Positions 9,510 through 19,149 of a stretch of 64,000 bases of DNA are shown one piece after another. A program made the translations under genes and the position numbers. Position 1 is the first letter of the stretch; the number at the start of each line of letters is the position of its first letter. Below the pieces are notes generated by a model that saw only the letters and a program-made list of their open reading frames with translations, was not told the origin of the DNA and did not search any database. This stretch comes from a bacterium (lineage in GTDB: Bacteria; Chloroflexota; Dormibacteria; Aeolococcales; Bog-877), in assembly GCA_021827985.1 (NCBI GenBank), contig JAKATL010000002.1, positions 846 to 64,845 of the forward strand, given 5' to 3'.

Positions 9510-10278
9510 AGGCCGCCCATCCCTCGCGGGCGTCCTCGGTTCCCATCGACTCGGCCTGGGCCAGGCTCTCGATCGCCAGCAGAGAGTTGAAGCTCGCGCC
9601 ATCCTCAGCCAGGGCCAGGGCGCTCTTCACGTCCCGTACCACGCGGCTGGGCAGGCTGGCGATTCGGGCCGCCACCTCGTTGGCCCGGGCCGCCAGCTCA
9701 CGATCGGGCACAACTTGGGACGCCAGGCCCAGCTGCTGGGCGCGGTGGGAATCCAGCGGATCACCAAGAAGGATGATCTCCCGCGCCGCGGCCGAACCGC
9801 AGGCCCTGGTCAGCATCCAGGTGCATCCTCCGCCCGGGTGGATCCCCAACCGGAGGAAGGGCGCCGCCAGCCGGGCGCTCTCGGCGAGGATCCGTAGGTC
9901 GCAGACCAGCGCCAGGTTGAAGCCGGCCCCGATGGCTGGACCGTTGACCGCGGCGATGGTGGGGATGGGAAGTTCGCGCAGGTCGAGGAAAGCACGGTAG
10001 TACCCGGCCAGGATCTGCCGGCGGTCGGCGGTGTTCCGGGCACCGGCGGTGAGGCCTCCCAGGTCCGCTCCCGCGCAGAAGGCGCTGCCGCTGCCCGTCA
10101 CCACCACCGCCCTCGCGCCTTTGGGCCCAGCCTCGGCGATCCGCGCCCGAAGCTCTGTGGCCAGTTCGCCGGTGAGGGCGTTGCGCTGCTCCGGCCGGTT
10201 CAGGGTCAGCCGGAGGATCCCCGAGCCGTCCAGCTCGCTCAGCACCCCGGGGGCCGCCCCTTGCTCCTGTTCGCTCAT
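9472..10278 (-). CDS. Enoyl-CoA hydratase/isomerase family protein
   Basis: LTLNRPEQRNAL, AFCAGADL, AAVNGPAIGAG, CDLR; start MSEQEQ at 10278. Confidence 0.92.
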   Translation of the reverse strand: MSEQEQGAAPGVLSELDGSGILRLTLNRPEQRNALTGELATELRARIAEAGPKGARAVVVTGSGSAFCAGADLGGLTAGARNTADRRQILAGYYRAFLDLRELPIPTIAAVNGPAIGAGFNLALVCDLRILAESARLAAPFLRLGIHPGGGCTWMLTRACGSAAAREIILLGDPLDSHRAQQLGLASQVVPDRELAARANEVAARIASLPSRVVRDVKSALALAEDGASFNSLLAIESLAQAESMGTEDAREGWAAFRERRAPQFRDL

Positions 10279-10426
10279 GGGCAAGAGGATAACCACCCCG
10301 GCTGGGGCCACCGGGTTCCTTCGTTCTCCGGGCAGGTGTTTCCCCGGGTGTCCTGGGCTGGCGCAACCAGCTAGATTAGGCTCCGGCTCAGCCATCGTGT
10401 CCGCCGGTCGCCGGGGAGGAATTTCA

Positions 10427-10594
10427 GTGGACCAGCCGGCCCCCTATCTGCACTGGGGCTTCATCCTCATCTCGCTGCCCAACCTGGGGCTCGTCGTCTT
10501 CATGGTTGTCCTCTTCGTCCTGGCGCTCTTCCTGCCCTTCCCGGGCCGCGCCCGCCGCCGCCGGGCCTATCAGGAGAGCGACCGTGAGCGCTGA
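10427..10594 (+). CDS. Small membrane protein upstream of cytochrome b
   Basis: GGAGGA RBS then GTG; YLHWGFILISLPNLGLVVFMVVLFVLALFLPFPG; overlaps the cytochrome b start. Confidence 0.65.
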   Translation: MDQPAPYLHWGFILISLPNLGLVVFMVVLFVLALFLPFPGRARRRRAYQESDRER

Positions 10595-11216
10595 GCCCAG
10601 GGATGACACGCCCGGCCCTCGGAGCTGGACCGGATCCCTCCGCCGGCTGATCGAGCGCGACCTTCCCATCGAGCACCTCCTGCCCGACCGGGAGCCGGCG
10701 TACGTCGGGTCCTGGGTCTACGTCTTCGGCGTGGTGACCATCGCCGCCTTGATCCTCACCATCGCCAGCGGGGTGGTGCTGGCGTTCTTCGGCCCCCAGT
10801 GGTGGCACGTCTCCCCCCAGGGCCACTTCTTCAACAGCCTGCACTTCTGGAGCGTGCAGATGTTCTTCGTCTTCATGGTCCTCCACCTCTGGGGACAGTA
10901 TTTCGGCCAGGGTTGGCGCGACGGGCGCGCCACCACCTGGATGGTGGGGGTCGTGGTCTTCCTGGTGAGCATCGTCACCGCCTTCACCGGCTACCTCTCC
11001 CAGCAGAACTTCGACTCCCAGTGGATCGCGGTGAACGCCAAGGACGCGATCAACGCCACCGGGGCCGGCGCCTTCTTCAACGTTCTCAACTTCGGGCAGA
11101 TGTATGGGCTCCACGTGATGCTGTTCCCCATCCTGATCGTCTTCCTGGTCGGGCTCCACGTCGTCCAGGTGCGGCTCCGCGGGGTGGTGAAGCCCCCCGC
11201 TGAGGAGCGGCCATGA
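10584..11216 (+). CDS. Cytochrome b N-terminal (b6-like) domain protein
   Basis: Four heme His in SLHFWSVQMFFVFMVLHLW and GLHVMLFPILIVFLVGLHVV; TWMVGV, AFTGYL. Confidence 0.9.
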   Translation: MSAEPRDDTPGPRSWTGSLRRLIERDLPIEHLLPDREPAYVGSWVYVFGVVTIAALILTIASGVVLAFFGPQWWHVSPQGHFFNSLHFWSVQMFFVFMVLHLWGQYFGQGWRDGRATTWMVGVVVFLVSIVTAFTGYLSQQNFDSQWIAVNAKDAINATGAGAFFNVLNFGQMYGLHVMLFPILIVFLVGLHVVQVRLRGVVKPPAEERP

Positions 11217-12232
11217 AGCGGCGCCAGATCGACCAGGGGACCTACTACCGGGGGGTGCCCACCTCTCCCTACGATCTTGTAAAGGAGATCACCCTGGCAC
11301 TCGGTGTGCTGCTGGTGGTGGTGCTGGTGCTTTCCGCGGTCCTCTCCTCCCCCGACGTGCCTCCGGTCACCATTCAGAGCTGGGCCAAGTCGGCGCCACT
11401 GGACTTCCTGCAGACGGCCACAGCCGAGTTGCAGGGGACCACCATCAGCGCTGACTACGGACCTCCCTACAACATCGACGCGGATGGGCTGGACCCCTCG
11501 GACACCGGCGCCTCGGTCCAGACCTGGGGCCCCTTGGCCCCTCAGCTGTGGGCTGGGGTCCACCAGCCGATAAATCCCCCTGAAACCGACGTCATCGCCC
11601 CCCTGCGGCTGGCCAGCGTCGGCCGCCCCGGGCTGGGCGCCGCGCTGGCCAGCTACCAGGCGGCGGGCACCAGCCAGGAGCAGGCTTGGCTGACGGCCTA
11701 CCAGAAGGCGCTCACCAAGGCCACGGCGACCGGGCCACTGGTGCGGGTGCCGACGGGTGCCTACGGGCCGGTGAACGTGATGATGCAGGCGCTGCTGGCG
11801 GACGGGCGAGCCGGGGCGCTGGACTCGCTCCTGCTCCACAGCGGCCGTTTCTACGTCACCGATTACACCAAGCCCCTGCTCTTCCTCGCAGATGGCGGCT
11901 ATTTCCCGGGCCTGGCCCAGTCCCAGAAGCTGACCGGCAGCCAGTGGGGGATGATGAACGAAACGGGGCGCTACCCCGGGCAGGCCTGGCTCTGGCTATA
12001 CACCCTCTGGTACCAGATCCCGCCTTACAGCACGGCCCAGAACGCCGACCTCCTGGTGGTGCTCACCATGGGCCTGCTCACCACACTGCTGCTCTTGGTC
12101 CCCTTCATCCCCGGGCTTCGCGACCTGCCCCGCTGGCTGGGACTCCATCGGCTGGTCTGGCGGGAGCACTACCGCCTGGAGCGTGAGGCTCGGCGCCCCG
12201 GCGGTGAAGGAGGCGGCTCGGCGGGGCGTTGA
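11213..12232 (+). CDS. Membrane protein coupled to cytochrome b (subunit IV-like termini with large extracytoplasmic insert)
   Basis: ATGA overlap with the cyt b gene; N-terminal PYDLVKE + TM; C-terminal PGQAWLWLYTLWY + TM ending VPFIP; no CxxCH. Confidence 0.7.
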   Translation: MKRRQIDQGTYYRGVPTSPYDLVKEITLALGVLLVVVLVLSAVLSSPDVPPVTIQSWAKSAPLDFLQTATAELQGTTISADYGPPYNIDADGLDPSDTGASVQTWGPLAPQLWAGVHQPINPPETDVIAPLRLASVGRPGLGAALASYQAAGTSQEQAWLTAYQKALTKATATGPLVRVPTGAYGPVNVMMQALLADGRAGALDSLLLHSGRFYVTDYTKPLLFLADGGYFPGLAQSQKLTGSQWGMMNETGRYPGQAWLWLYTLWYQIPPYSTAQNADLLVVLTMGLLTTLLLLVPFIPGLRDLPRWLGLHRLVWREHYRLEREARRPGGEGGGSAGR

Positions 12233-12282
12233 TATACTCGCCCCGAGCTGGGGCTTGAGACCGGTGGGCCACGAGGTGGGAA

Positions 12283-13686
12283 TTGTCGGATCGCTCTGGG
12301 CCGCGCGTCGTGATCCTGGCCGCCGGTCGCGGATCCCGGATGGTGTCTGCGCGGACCAAGGCGTTGCACACCGTGGGCGGGCTGCCAATGGTCGAACACC
12401 TGCTGCGCGCCGCCGCGGGGCTCTCGCCCGCGTTGCCATTGGTGATCACGGCGCCGGACCAGGCGGAGTTGGATGAGTTCCTCAACGGCCGGGCCGAGGT
12501 GGCCCACCAACCGGAGCCCAGAGGCAGTGGAGACGCCCTGCTCGCCGCCCGAACGCAACTCGAGGGGGATGGCTCCTTCGTAGTCGTGCCGGTGGACATG
12601 CCCCTGCTCACCGCCGGGACCCTGCGCCGACTGTGGGAGGCGGGCTCGGCAACCCGGGAAAAGGGGGTGCTCCTGACCTGCTTCACCGAGACGCCGCAGG
12701 GCTATGGGCAGGTGCGGCGGGGGGCGGACGGCGAAGTGGCGGAGATCGTGGAGTGGGCGGATGGGCCGGCGGTGGCGGCGAGGGTGGAGGTCAGCTGCGG
12801 GGTGTACTTGTTCCCTCAGCCCGGGGTCTGGTCGGCGCTGGAGCGGGTCACCACGGACAACTCCCAGGGGGAGAGGTATCTGAGCTGGGCCCCCCAGCTC
12901 CTTCCCGGCGGGTGCCGGACGGTGGAGCTTGAGGACATCTCTGAGATGCTCCAGGTGAACGACCGGCTGCAATTGGCGGAAGCTGAGCGGGCGATGCGTC
13001 AGCGGACCCTGAGGCGGCTGATGGTGGGCGGGGTGACGGTCCGGGACCCCGGGTCCACCTGGGTCGACTGCGATGTGGAGGTGGGCCAGGACACGGTCCT
13101 GGAGCCCGCCACCGTCCTCCGCGGCCGGGTCCGGGTGGGGAGCGGTTGCCAGATCGGTCCCTTCGCCGAGCTGGTCGACTGCCAGCTGGGTGACGGCTGC
13201 CGTGTTGAGCGCTCCCAGCTCCGCCTCTGCAGTCTGCGGGAGGGCGTTCAGGTGGGGCCCTTCAACCGCGTCCGCCCCGGCACCGAGCTCAGGGAGGGGA
13301 GCCATCTCGGGACCTTCACCGAAGTCGTCAGGAGCTCCATCGGCCCGGGGAGCCAGGTGCCCCACCTCAGCTACGTGGGGGATGCGGAGCTGGATGCTGA
13401 CGTCAACATCGGGGCCGGGAGCATCATCGCCAACTGGGACGGGCTGGCGAAGCACCGCACCGTGGTGGGGGAGGGGGCAAGGATCGGCTCCGACACCGTC
13501 CTCGTGGCTCCCGTGTCCGTGGGCCGGCGAGCCTACACGGGGGCCGGGTCGGTGATCACCAAGGACGTGCCAGCCGGGGCGCTGGCAGTGTCCCGAGGTA
13601 CCCAGCGCAACCTGGAAGGCTGGGTGGAACGGCATCGTGCGGGGGCCCGGCCGGTGGCCGAGGTTCAGGCCGAGGAGGCCGAGTGA
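12283..13686 (+). CDS. glmU: Bifunctional UDP-GlcNAc pyrophosphorylase/glucosamine-1-P acetyltransferase
   Basis: ILAAGRGSRM, GYGQVRR, DNSQGERYL, hexapeptide repeats, HLSYVGDA, NIGAG; adjacent to prs. Confidence 0.95.
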   Translation: MSDRSGPRVVILAAGRGSRMVSARTKALHTVGGLPMVEHLLRAAAGLSPALPLVITAPDQAELDEFLNGRAEVAHQPEPRGSGDALLAARTQLEGDGSFVVVPVDMPLLTAGTLRRLWEAGSATREKGVLLTCFTETPQGYGQVRRGADGEVAEIVEWADGPAVAARVEVSCGVYLFPQPGVWSALERVTTDNSQGERYLSWAPQLLPGGCRTVELEDISEMLQVNDRLQLAEAERAMRQRTLRRLMVGGVTVRDPGSTWVDCDVEVGQDTVLEPATVLRGRVRVGSGCQIGPFAELVDCQLGDGCRVERSQLRLCSLREGVQVGPFNRVRPGTELREGSHLGTFTEVVRSSIGPGSQVPHLSYVGDAELDADVNIGAGSIIANWDGLAKHRTVVGEGARIGSDTVLVAPVSVGRRAYTGAGSVITKDVPAGALAVSRGTQRNLEGWVERHRAGARPVAEVQAEEAE

Positions 13687-14636
13687 GGGGCGCCGACGGT
13701 CCGCTGATGCTGCTCTGCGGCACCGCCAATCCCGAGCTGGGCCGGAAGATCTCGGAGGACGTAGGGGTTCCGCTCGCTCCCATGGAGATCACCCGGTTCG
13801 CCGATGGGGAATACGACGTCAAGATCGGCGAGTCGGTCCGGGGCCATGACGTGTTCGTGATCCAGCCCACCTGTCCCCCGGTGAACGAGAACTACATGGA
13901 GCTGTTCGTCACCCTGGACGCTCTGCGCCGGGCCAGTGCCGCCCGCATCAACGCCGTCCTGCCCTACTACGGCTACCAGCGCAAGGAGAAGAAGACCAGG
14001 GCCCGGGACCCCATCTCGGCCAAGCTCATGGCCAACTTCCTACAGGTGGCTGGGGCCGAGCGCATGATCGTGCTGGACCTCCATGCGGAGGCCATCCAGG
14101 GCTTCTTCGACATCCCGGTCGACGCCCTGACCGCCAGCAAGATCCTGGCCGCCCACATCCGCAGCCGGCACGGAAGACAACCCCTGGTGATCGTCTCCCC
14201 GGACGTTGGGGGGACGGCCCGGGCCCGGGCCATCGCCCGGCTGTTGGAGTGCCCGCTCGCCATCATCGACAAGCGGCGGCCCCGGGACGACGACATCGAG
14301 GTGCTGAACGTGATCGGGGATGTCCGGGACAGCCGCTGCGTTGTGGTGGACGACCTCATCTCCACCGCCTCCACCCTGGCTGGGGCCGCGACGGCCCTAC
14401 GGGCCGGGGGAGCGGTGTCGGTGGACGTGCTGGCCACCCACGGAGTGCTGAGCAACGGGGCGCTGCGCAAGATCGATGAGGCGGACGTCGATGAGGTGGT
14501 GGTCACCGACAGCATCCCGCTCAGCCCCGAAGGGCAGCGCAACCCCAAGGTGTCCCAGGTCTCGGTCGCGCCTCTGATCGCCGAGGCGATCGTGCGGATC
14601 CACGAGGGCCGGAGCGTTTCCGCCCTCTTCCGCTGA
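13683..14636 (+). CDS. prs: Ribose-phosphate pyrophosphokinase
   Basis: RFADGE, ESVRGHDVF, DLHAEAIQGFF, VSPDVGG, VVDDLISTAST, ATHGV. Confidence 0.96.
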   Translation: MRGADGPLMLLCGTANPELGRKISEDVGVPLAPMEITRFADGEYDVKIGESVRGHDVFVIQPTCPPVNENYMELFVTLDALRRASAARINAVLPYYGYQRKEKKTRARDPISAKLMANFLQVAGAERMIVLDLHAEAIQGFFDIPVDALTASKILAAHIRSRHGRQPLVIVSPDVGGTARARAIARLLECPLAIIDKRRPRDDDIEVLNVIGDVRDSRCVVVDDLISTASTLAGAATALRAGGAVSVDVLATHGVLSNGALRKIDEADVDEVVVTDSIPLSPEGQRNPKVSQVSVAPLIAEAIVRIHEGRSVSALFR

Positions 14637-14797
14637 GTCCGGCCCAGGGGCAGTCGGAGACGACTGCTAAACTGCGGCCAGATGGGCCCAGGCTCACCGT
14701 CGGACTTAGCACGAGGCAGCCGCCTGCCCGAGGCCCTCTCCCGCACGGGGTGGCTGCCAGGCCGGCGCGAGTCCGCTGAGGTGAAGGGGGCGCCGAG

Positions 14798-16117
14798 GTG
14801 AGCGCCTGGCTGCTGGTGGTGCTGGTGGTGGCGCTCATCGTGGCCTCCCTGGCCGCCACCGCCGAGACCGCCCTCACCTCGGTGAGCCGGGTCCGGCTGC
14901 GCGCAAGGCGGGAGCAGGGCGACCATCGGGCGGCTCTCATCGAGCGTCTGCATGCCAACCCCGGAGGCTACCTTTCCACGGTCCTGGTGCTCAACACCGT
15001 GGCCCTGGTGCTGGCCTCGTCGGCAGCCACCCTCCTGGCCCAGGACCACCTCGGAGCCAGCACCGCATTCTGGGCTTCCTTGGCTCTGGCGGTGGTGGTG
15101 CTACTGGTTTGTGAGATCGGCCCCAAGGCCTATGCCCTGCAGCACAACGAGGTGGTGGCCAACCTGCTCGCCCCTCCCGTGGCCGGGGTCACTAGGGTGC
15201 TCCACCCGCTGGTGGCTGTGCTCACCGCTGTGAGCACTCTGCTGACCAGGATCCTTCCGGGTGAGGGCGGCCGGCGCACCCCCTTCCTCACCGAGGAGGA
15301 GTTGAAGGCGGTGGTGGCGGCCAGCACCGACGAAGGGGTGGTCGAGGAGGAGGAGCGGGAGATGATCCAGGGGGTCCTGGAGATGACGGACAAGACGGCC
15401 CGCGAGGCGATGGTGCCCAGGGTCCAGGTGGTTGCCCTGGCCGCCGGAGCCACGCTCGAGGAGGCGGTCGAGCTGGTGCTGGATCGCGGCCACAGCCGCA
15501 TCCCCGTGTACAACGAGACCATCGACAACGTGGTGGGCATCCTCTACGCCAAGGACCTGCTCAAGGTCTGGCGGCAGGATCCCAACCTGGAGGTGGGCAC
15601 CCTGGCCCGCCCGGCGACGTTCGTCCCCGAGGCCAAACGGCTGGGCGAGCTGCTCCAGGAGATGCAGAGGGCCAAGGTCCATATGGCGGTGGTGGTCGAC
15701 GAGTACGGGGGGACGGCGGGGGTGGTGACCATTGAGGACCTGCTGGAGGAGATCGTGGGGCCAATTCGCGACGAGTACGATGTCCTCGAGCAAGAGGAGA
15801 TCCAGTTGATCTCGCCCACCGAAGCCCTGCTCAGCGGCTCCACCAGCCTGGACGACGTCAACGAGGTCCTCCATCTGAGCCTCAGCGGCGAGGACTTCGA
15901 CTCCATTGGCGGGCTGGTGTACTCCCTCCTGGGGCGGATCCCCGTCGTGGGGGACGAGGTGCGGGCCGACGGTGGAGTGGTGCTGCGGGTTGAGGAGGTG
16001 GAGCGCCAGTCCATCACCTCGGTGCGCCTCCTTATCGACCGTGGGGAGGAGGCCGCTCCGGGCGAAGCGGTTCCCGCCCATCCAGAGGGGCAGGTCACCG
16101 ACGGGTCCGGCGGCTAG
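14798..16117 (+). CDS. CNNM/CBS/CorC (hemolysin-family) transporter
   Basis: AETALTSV, CEIGPK, AMVPR, HSRIPVY, VVDEYGGTAGVVTIEDLLEEIVG, CorC C-terminus. Confidence 0.93.
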   Translation: MSAWLLVVLVVALIVASLAATAETALTSVSRVRLRARREQGDHRAALIERLHANPGGYLSTVLVLNTVALVLASSAATLLAQDHLGASTAFWASLALAVVVLLVCEIGPKAYALQHNEVVANLLAPPVAGVTRVLHPLVAVLTAVSTLLTRILPGEGGRRTPFLTEEELKAVVAASTDEGVVEEEEREMIQGVLEMTDKTAREAMVPRVQVVALAAGATLEEAVELVLDRGHSRIPVYNETIDNVVGILYAKDLLKVWRQDPNLEVGTLARPATFVPEAKRLGELLQEMQRAKVHMAVVVDEYGGTAGVVTIEDLLEEIVGPIRDEYDVLEQEEIQLISPTEALLSGSTSLDDVNEVLHLSLSGEDFDSIGGLVYSLLGRIPVVGDEVRADGGVVLRVEEVERQSITSVRLLIDRGEEAAPGEAVPAHPEGQVTDGSGG

Positions 16118-16119
16118 GG

Positions 16120-16875
16120 TTGCCAGCGTCCGTCGCGGACGAGGGCGTCGTACTCCGGCGCCGCAACTATCAGGAGGCCGACCGGATCCTGGTCATTCTG
16201 ACCCGCGACCATGGCAAGGTGAGCTGCCTCGCCCGAGGAGTCAGGCGGCCCCGGGCGCGCAACGCCGCCGGTCTGGATCTTTTGGGGAGGGCCAAACTGC
16301 TGCTGATCCCCGGTCGCAGCCTGTACGTGCTCGCACAGGCAAGGCCGGTGGGGGCCGCCGGGCGCGGCGACGATCCCATTCGGCTGGCGTGCGCTGCCCT
16401 CTTCGCCGAGGCCGCGGATGGGCTTCTGGAGGAGGGCCATCCGGACCCGATCCTCTTCGAGCTGGTGGGAGAGCACGCCGAGCGGCTCCTCGACATTGGA
16501 CGGCCTCCCCGGCCCGAGCTGGTGCTGGCTCTGTTCCGGCTGGCGGCGGAGGTCGGATATCTCCCCGCCCTCGAACGGTGCATGGGCTGCGGCCGGCCAC
16601 TGGAGAACCGGCCGGGCAGCTTCATCCCTGAGCTGGGGGGCGTGGTCCAGCCTCCCTGCCCAGTTCCGGGCGGGGTGAGCTGTGAGGCGGCCACCATCCG
16701 GGTCCTCCGCGCCCTCGCCCGTGGCGACTTCGAGGTGGGCCGGCGGCTCCGCTGGGGTCCCCGGCTGCTTTCGGAGACTGAAGCGGTCCTGGTGGCCCAC
16801 CTGCGCCACCGCCTCGACCGCCGACTCCTGGCGGCGGATGTGCTGGCGCAGCTGGTGGACGCCGGGGCGGACTAG
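16120..16875 (+). CDS. recO: DNA repair protein RecO
   Basis: EGVVLRRRNYQEADRILVILTRDHGKV..LARGVRR; GYLPALERCMGCG. Confidence 0.93.
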   Translation: MPASVADEGVVLRRRNYQEADRILVILTRDHGKVSCLARGVRRPRARNAAGLDLLGRAKLLLIPGRSLYVLAQARPVGAAGRGDDPIRLACAALFAEAADGLLEEGHPDPILFELVGEHAERLLDIGRPPRPELVLALFRLAAEVGYLPALERCMGCGRPLENRPGSFIPELGGVVQPPCPVPGGVSCEAATIRVLRALARGDFEVGRRLRWGPRLLSETEAVLVAHLRHRLDRRLLAADVLAQLVDAGAD

Positions 16876-16897
16876 CAGGGCCGCCGCCCCGCAGTGA

Positions 16898-19057
16898 TCA
16901 GCCGGAGGACCCAGTGGCGACCAGGAGGTCGGTTCGGTGGTGCCAGCGGTCGTAGAAGCGGCGGAAGTTGATCCGGCTGAGACGGTCCCGCTCGTCTGGG
17001 TCGGAGTCCTCCCACCCCCGGTGCTGGTGCATGACCACCGGTAGGTCGGGGATGCGTCGGAGGTGGAGGCCAGCGCCCCGCAGGGCGAGGCTGAGGTTGA
17101 AGTCCAGCATCCGGTAGAAGCGGAAGCGCTCGTCAAGGAAGCCGAGCTCCGAGAACCGGCGCCTCAGGGTGGCGAGGCAGTAGCCATCGATGGCGTCCAC
17201 CTCCACCTCCTCGGAGTCGTAGAACTCACGGAGGTCGCTGCTTCGAGCTCCCCAGCGGCCCACCGCCCCCACGCGAGGATCATCAAGGGCGTTCAGCAGA
17301 GGTCCGAAGCAGTCCCCGACCGCCTCCACCCCGGTGTCCAGCATGAGGATGGCCCGGCCCCGAGCGGCCCGCACGGTGAGGTTGCGCGCCGCCGCCTCCC
17401 CCAGCTGGTGGTCGGCGTGGAAGGAGCGCAGGCCCGGTTCCTCCTCCTGCAGACGGGAGAGCAGCCTGGACACCTCAGGACCGGCGTCGTTGTCCACCAC
17501 GAGGTACTCGATCTCATGGCCGGTGCTGTACCGCCGCAGGCTATCGACGCACCGCTCCAGGTCCTCGGGGTAGGGGCCAGCCACGATGCTGACGGAGACC
17601 TCGAGGGCGTCCGGGGCCGATCTACCATCGGGGACCTCGTGCGGTGAGGAGATCAGCCCCCGGCGCAGGTCGAGGGCGGTGGCTTTCCGCAGCCGGCCTC
17701 CCCCGGGACGGTCCTCGGGGACGGCCCGAAGAGTGAGAAGCTGGTCGCGGGCCCGGTCCGCCTCGGCGAAGCTGGCCGCCTGCCGCAGTCTCGACCGGCT
17801 AGTTGCCAGCTCGGTCCAGGGCCCCTCGCCGAGGCGGACCTCGGGACTGCGCTCCAGGGCCAGGCCCAGCAGCCGGTCGGCTGCCAAGAGGCCGGAAGCT
17901 CTGGTGGCCGGGCTCATCTTCGGGTCGCTGGCGAAGGTGAAAGTGGCAGCGATCGCGGATGGCAGGTCGAGGTCGTCCTCCATCGCCAACCGCACCGCGA
18001 ACTCCAGCTCCCGTGCCCGCACCGGGTCTACCTCGCCCTCTCTGGCGGCAGCGGCGCGGCGCAGCCGGCGCAGCCCGTGCTCGGCGGCGGCCAGGGCCGC
18101 GAGGGTGAAGTTCAGCCGGGTGCGGTAGCCAACCTGAGCGCAGAGCAGTCGGAAGGCCAGGGGGTCGAAGCCTCGGTCCTCGAGGTCGGCCACGGTGTAC
18201 ACGTTGCCCTGGGACTTGGCCATCTTGACCCCGTCGGCGAGAAGGTGCTGGCCGTGCACCCAGTGCCGGACGAACCGGCCCCCGGTGGCGCCCTCGCTCT
18301 GCGCCAACTCGTCCTCGTGGTGGGGGAAGATGTTGTCCACCCCGCCCGTGTGCAGGTCGATCTCCTCGCCCAGATAGGTCATCGACATGGCGGAGCACTC
18401 TATGTGCCAACCGGGGAACCCGGGGCCGTAGGGGCTGTCCCAGACCATCATCTGGCGGCCGGGATCGGCCGCCCGCCATATGGTGAAGTCGGCGGGGTGG
18501 CGCTTGACGGGGTCGGCCTCGGCCCCGACGCCGTTCAAGAGAAGATCGGGGGTGTTGCCCGAGAGGGCCCCATACCCCGGGTGCCTTGCGGTGTCGAAGT
18601 AGACCGTACCGTCCACCTGGTAGGCGAGGCCCCTTTCCAGAAGCCTGGCGATGAGCTCCAGCATTTGGGGCACGTGGTCGGTGGCCCGGGGAAAGACGTC
18701 CGCCGGCTCGATCGCCAGCTTGGCCTCGGCCTCGTGGAACTCCTGCTCGAAGTGGTCGGCGATCTCCCTTGGCGTCCTACCCGCCGCCAGGGCGGCCGCG
18801 ATCACCTTGTCCCCGCCGCGCTCCGCCATCTCCTGGCGCATATGGCCGACGTCGGTGATGTTCTTGACGTGGAGGACATGCCAGCCCTGGGCCCGGGCCA
18901 CGCGCTTGATCCAGTCGGCCAGCAGGTAGGTGCGCAGGTTGCCGATGTGCACCGACCGGTAGACGGTGGGACCGCAGCTGTACATCCGCAGTGTCCCATC
19001 GCGGAGCGGGACCAACGGGCGCACCGCCCGTGTGCGGGTGTCGAAGAGGCGGAGCAC
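16898..19057 (-). CDS. cysS: Cysteine-tRNA ligase fused to C-terminal GT2 glycosyltransferase domain
   Basis: YSCGPTVY, HIGN, NITDVGH, GFPGWHIECS, DLHTGGVDNIFPHH, KMAKS; then a GT-A fold: LERCVDSL, YLVVDND, AARNL, ILMLDTG, IDGYCL, LDERF. Start GTG 19057 (TACGAT-N6-GTG) or 19087. Confidence 0.88.
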   Translation of the reverse strand: MLRLFDTRTRAVRPLVPLRDGTLRMYSCGPTVYRSVHIGNLRTYLLADWIKRVARAQGWHVLHVKNITDVGHMRQEMAERGGDKVIAAALAAGRTPREIADHFEQEFHEAEAKLAIEPADVFPRATDHVPQMLELIARLLERGLAYQVDGTVYFDTARHPGYGALSGNTPDLLLNGVGAEADPVKRHPADFTIWRAADPGRQMMVWDSPYGPGFPGWHIECSAMSMTYLGEEIDLHTGGVDNIFPHHEDELAQSEGATGGRFVRHWVHGQHLLADGVKMAKSQGNVYTVADLEDRGFDPLAFRLLCAQVGYRTRLNFTLAALAAAEHGLRRLRRAAAAREGEVDPVRARELEFAVRLAMEDDLDLPSAIAATFTFASDPKMSPATRASGLLAADRLLGLALERSPEVRLGEGPWTELATSRSRLRQAASFAEADRARDQLLTLRAVPEDRPGGGRLRKATALDLRRGLISSPHEVPDGRSAPDALEVSVSIVAGPYPEDLERCVDSLRRYSTGHEIEYLVVDNDAGPEVSRLLSRLQEEEPGLRSFHADHQLGEAAARNLTVRAARGRAILMLDTGVEAVGDCFGPLLNALDDPRVGAVGRWGARSSDLREFYDSEEVEVDAIDGYCLATLRRRFSELGFLDERFRFYRMLDFNLSLALRGAGLHLRRIPDLPVVMHQHRGWEDSDPDERDRLSRINFRRFYDRWHHRTDLLVATGSSG

Positions 19058-19149
19058 CAGGCGATCGTACCAGCCGCCTTCGGCCACCCAAGGAGGGACC
19101 AGTTCAGCTCTCCCCCGTTCCGTAGAATGACCCCGTCTTCCTGGGGCGG

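Noticed and set aside
12233-12282. tRNA upstream of glmU
   Set aside because: Gap is too short and has no cloverleaf or TTCGA T-loop; contains only a TATACT -10-like site.
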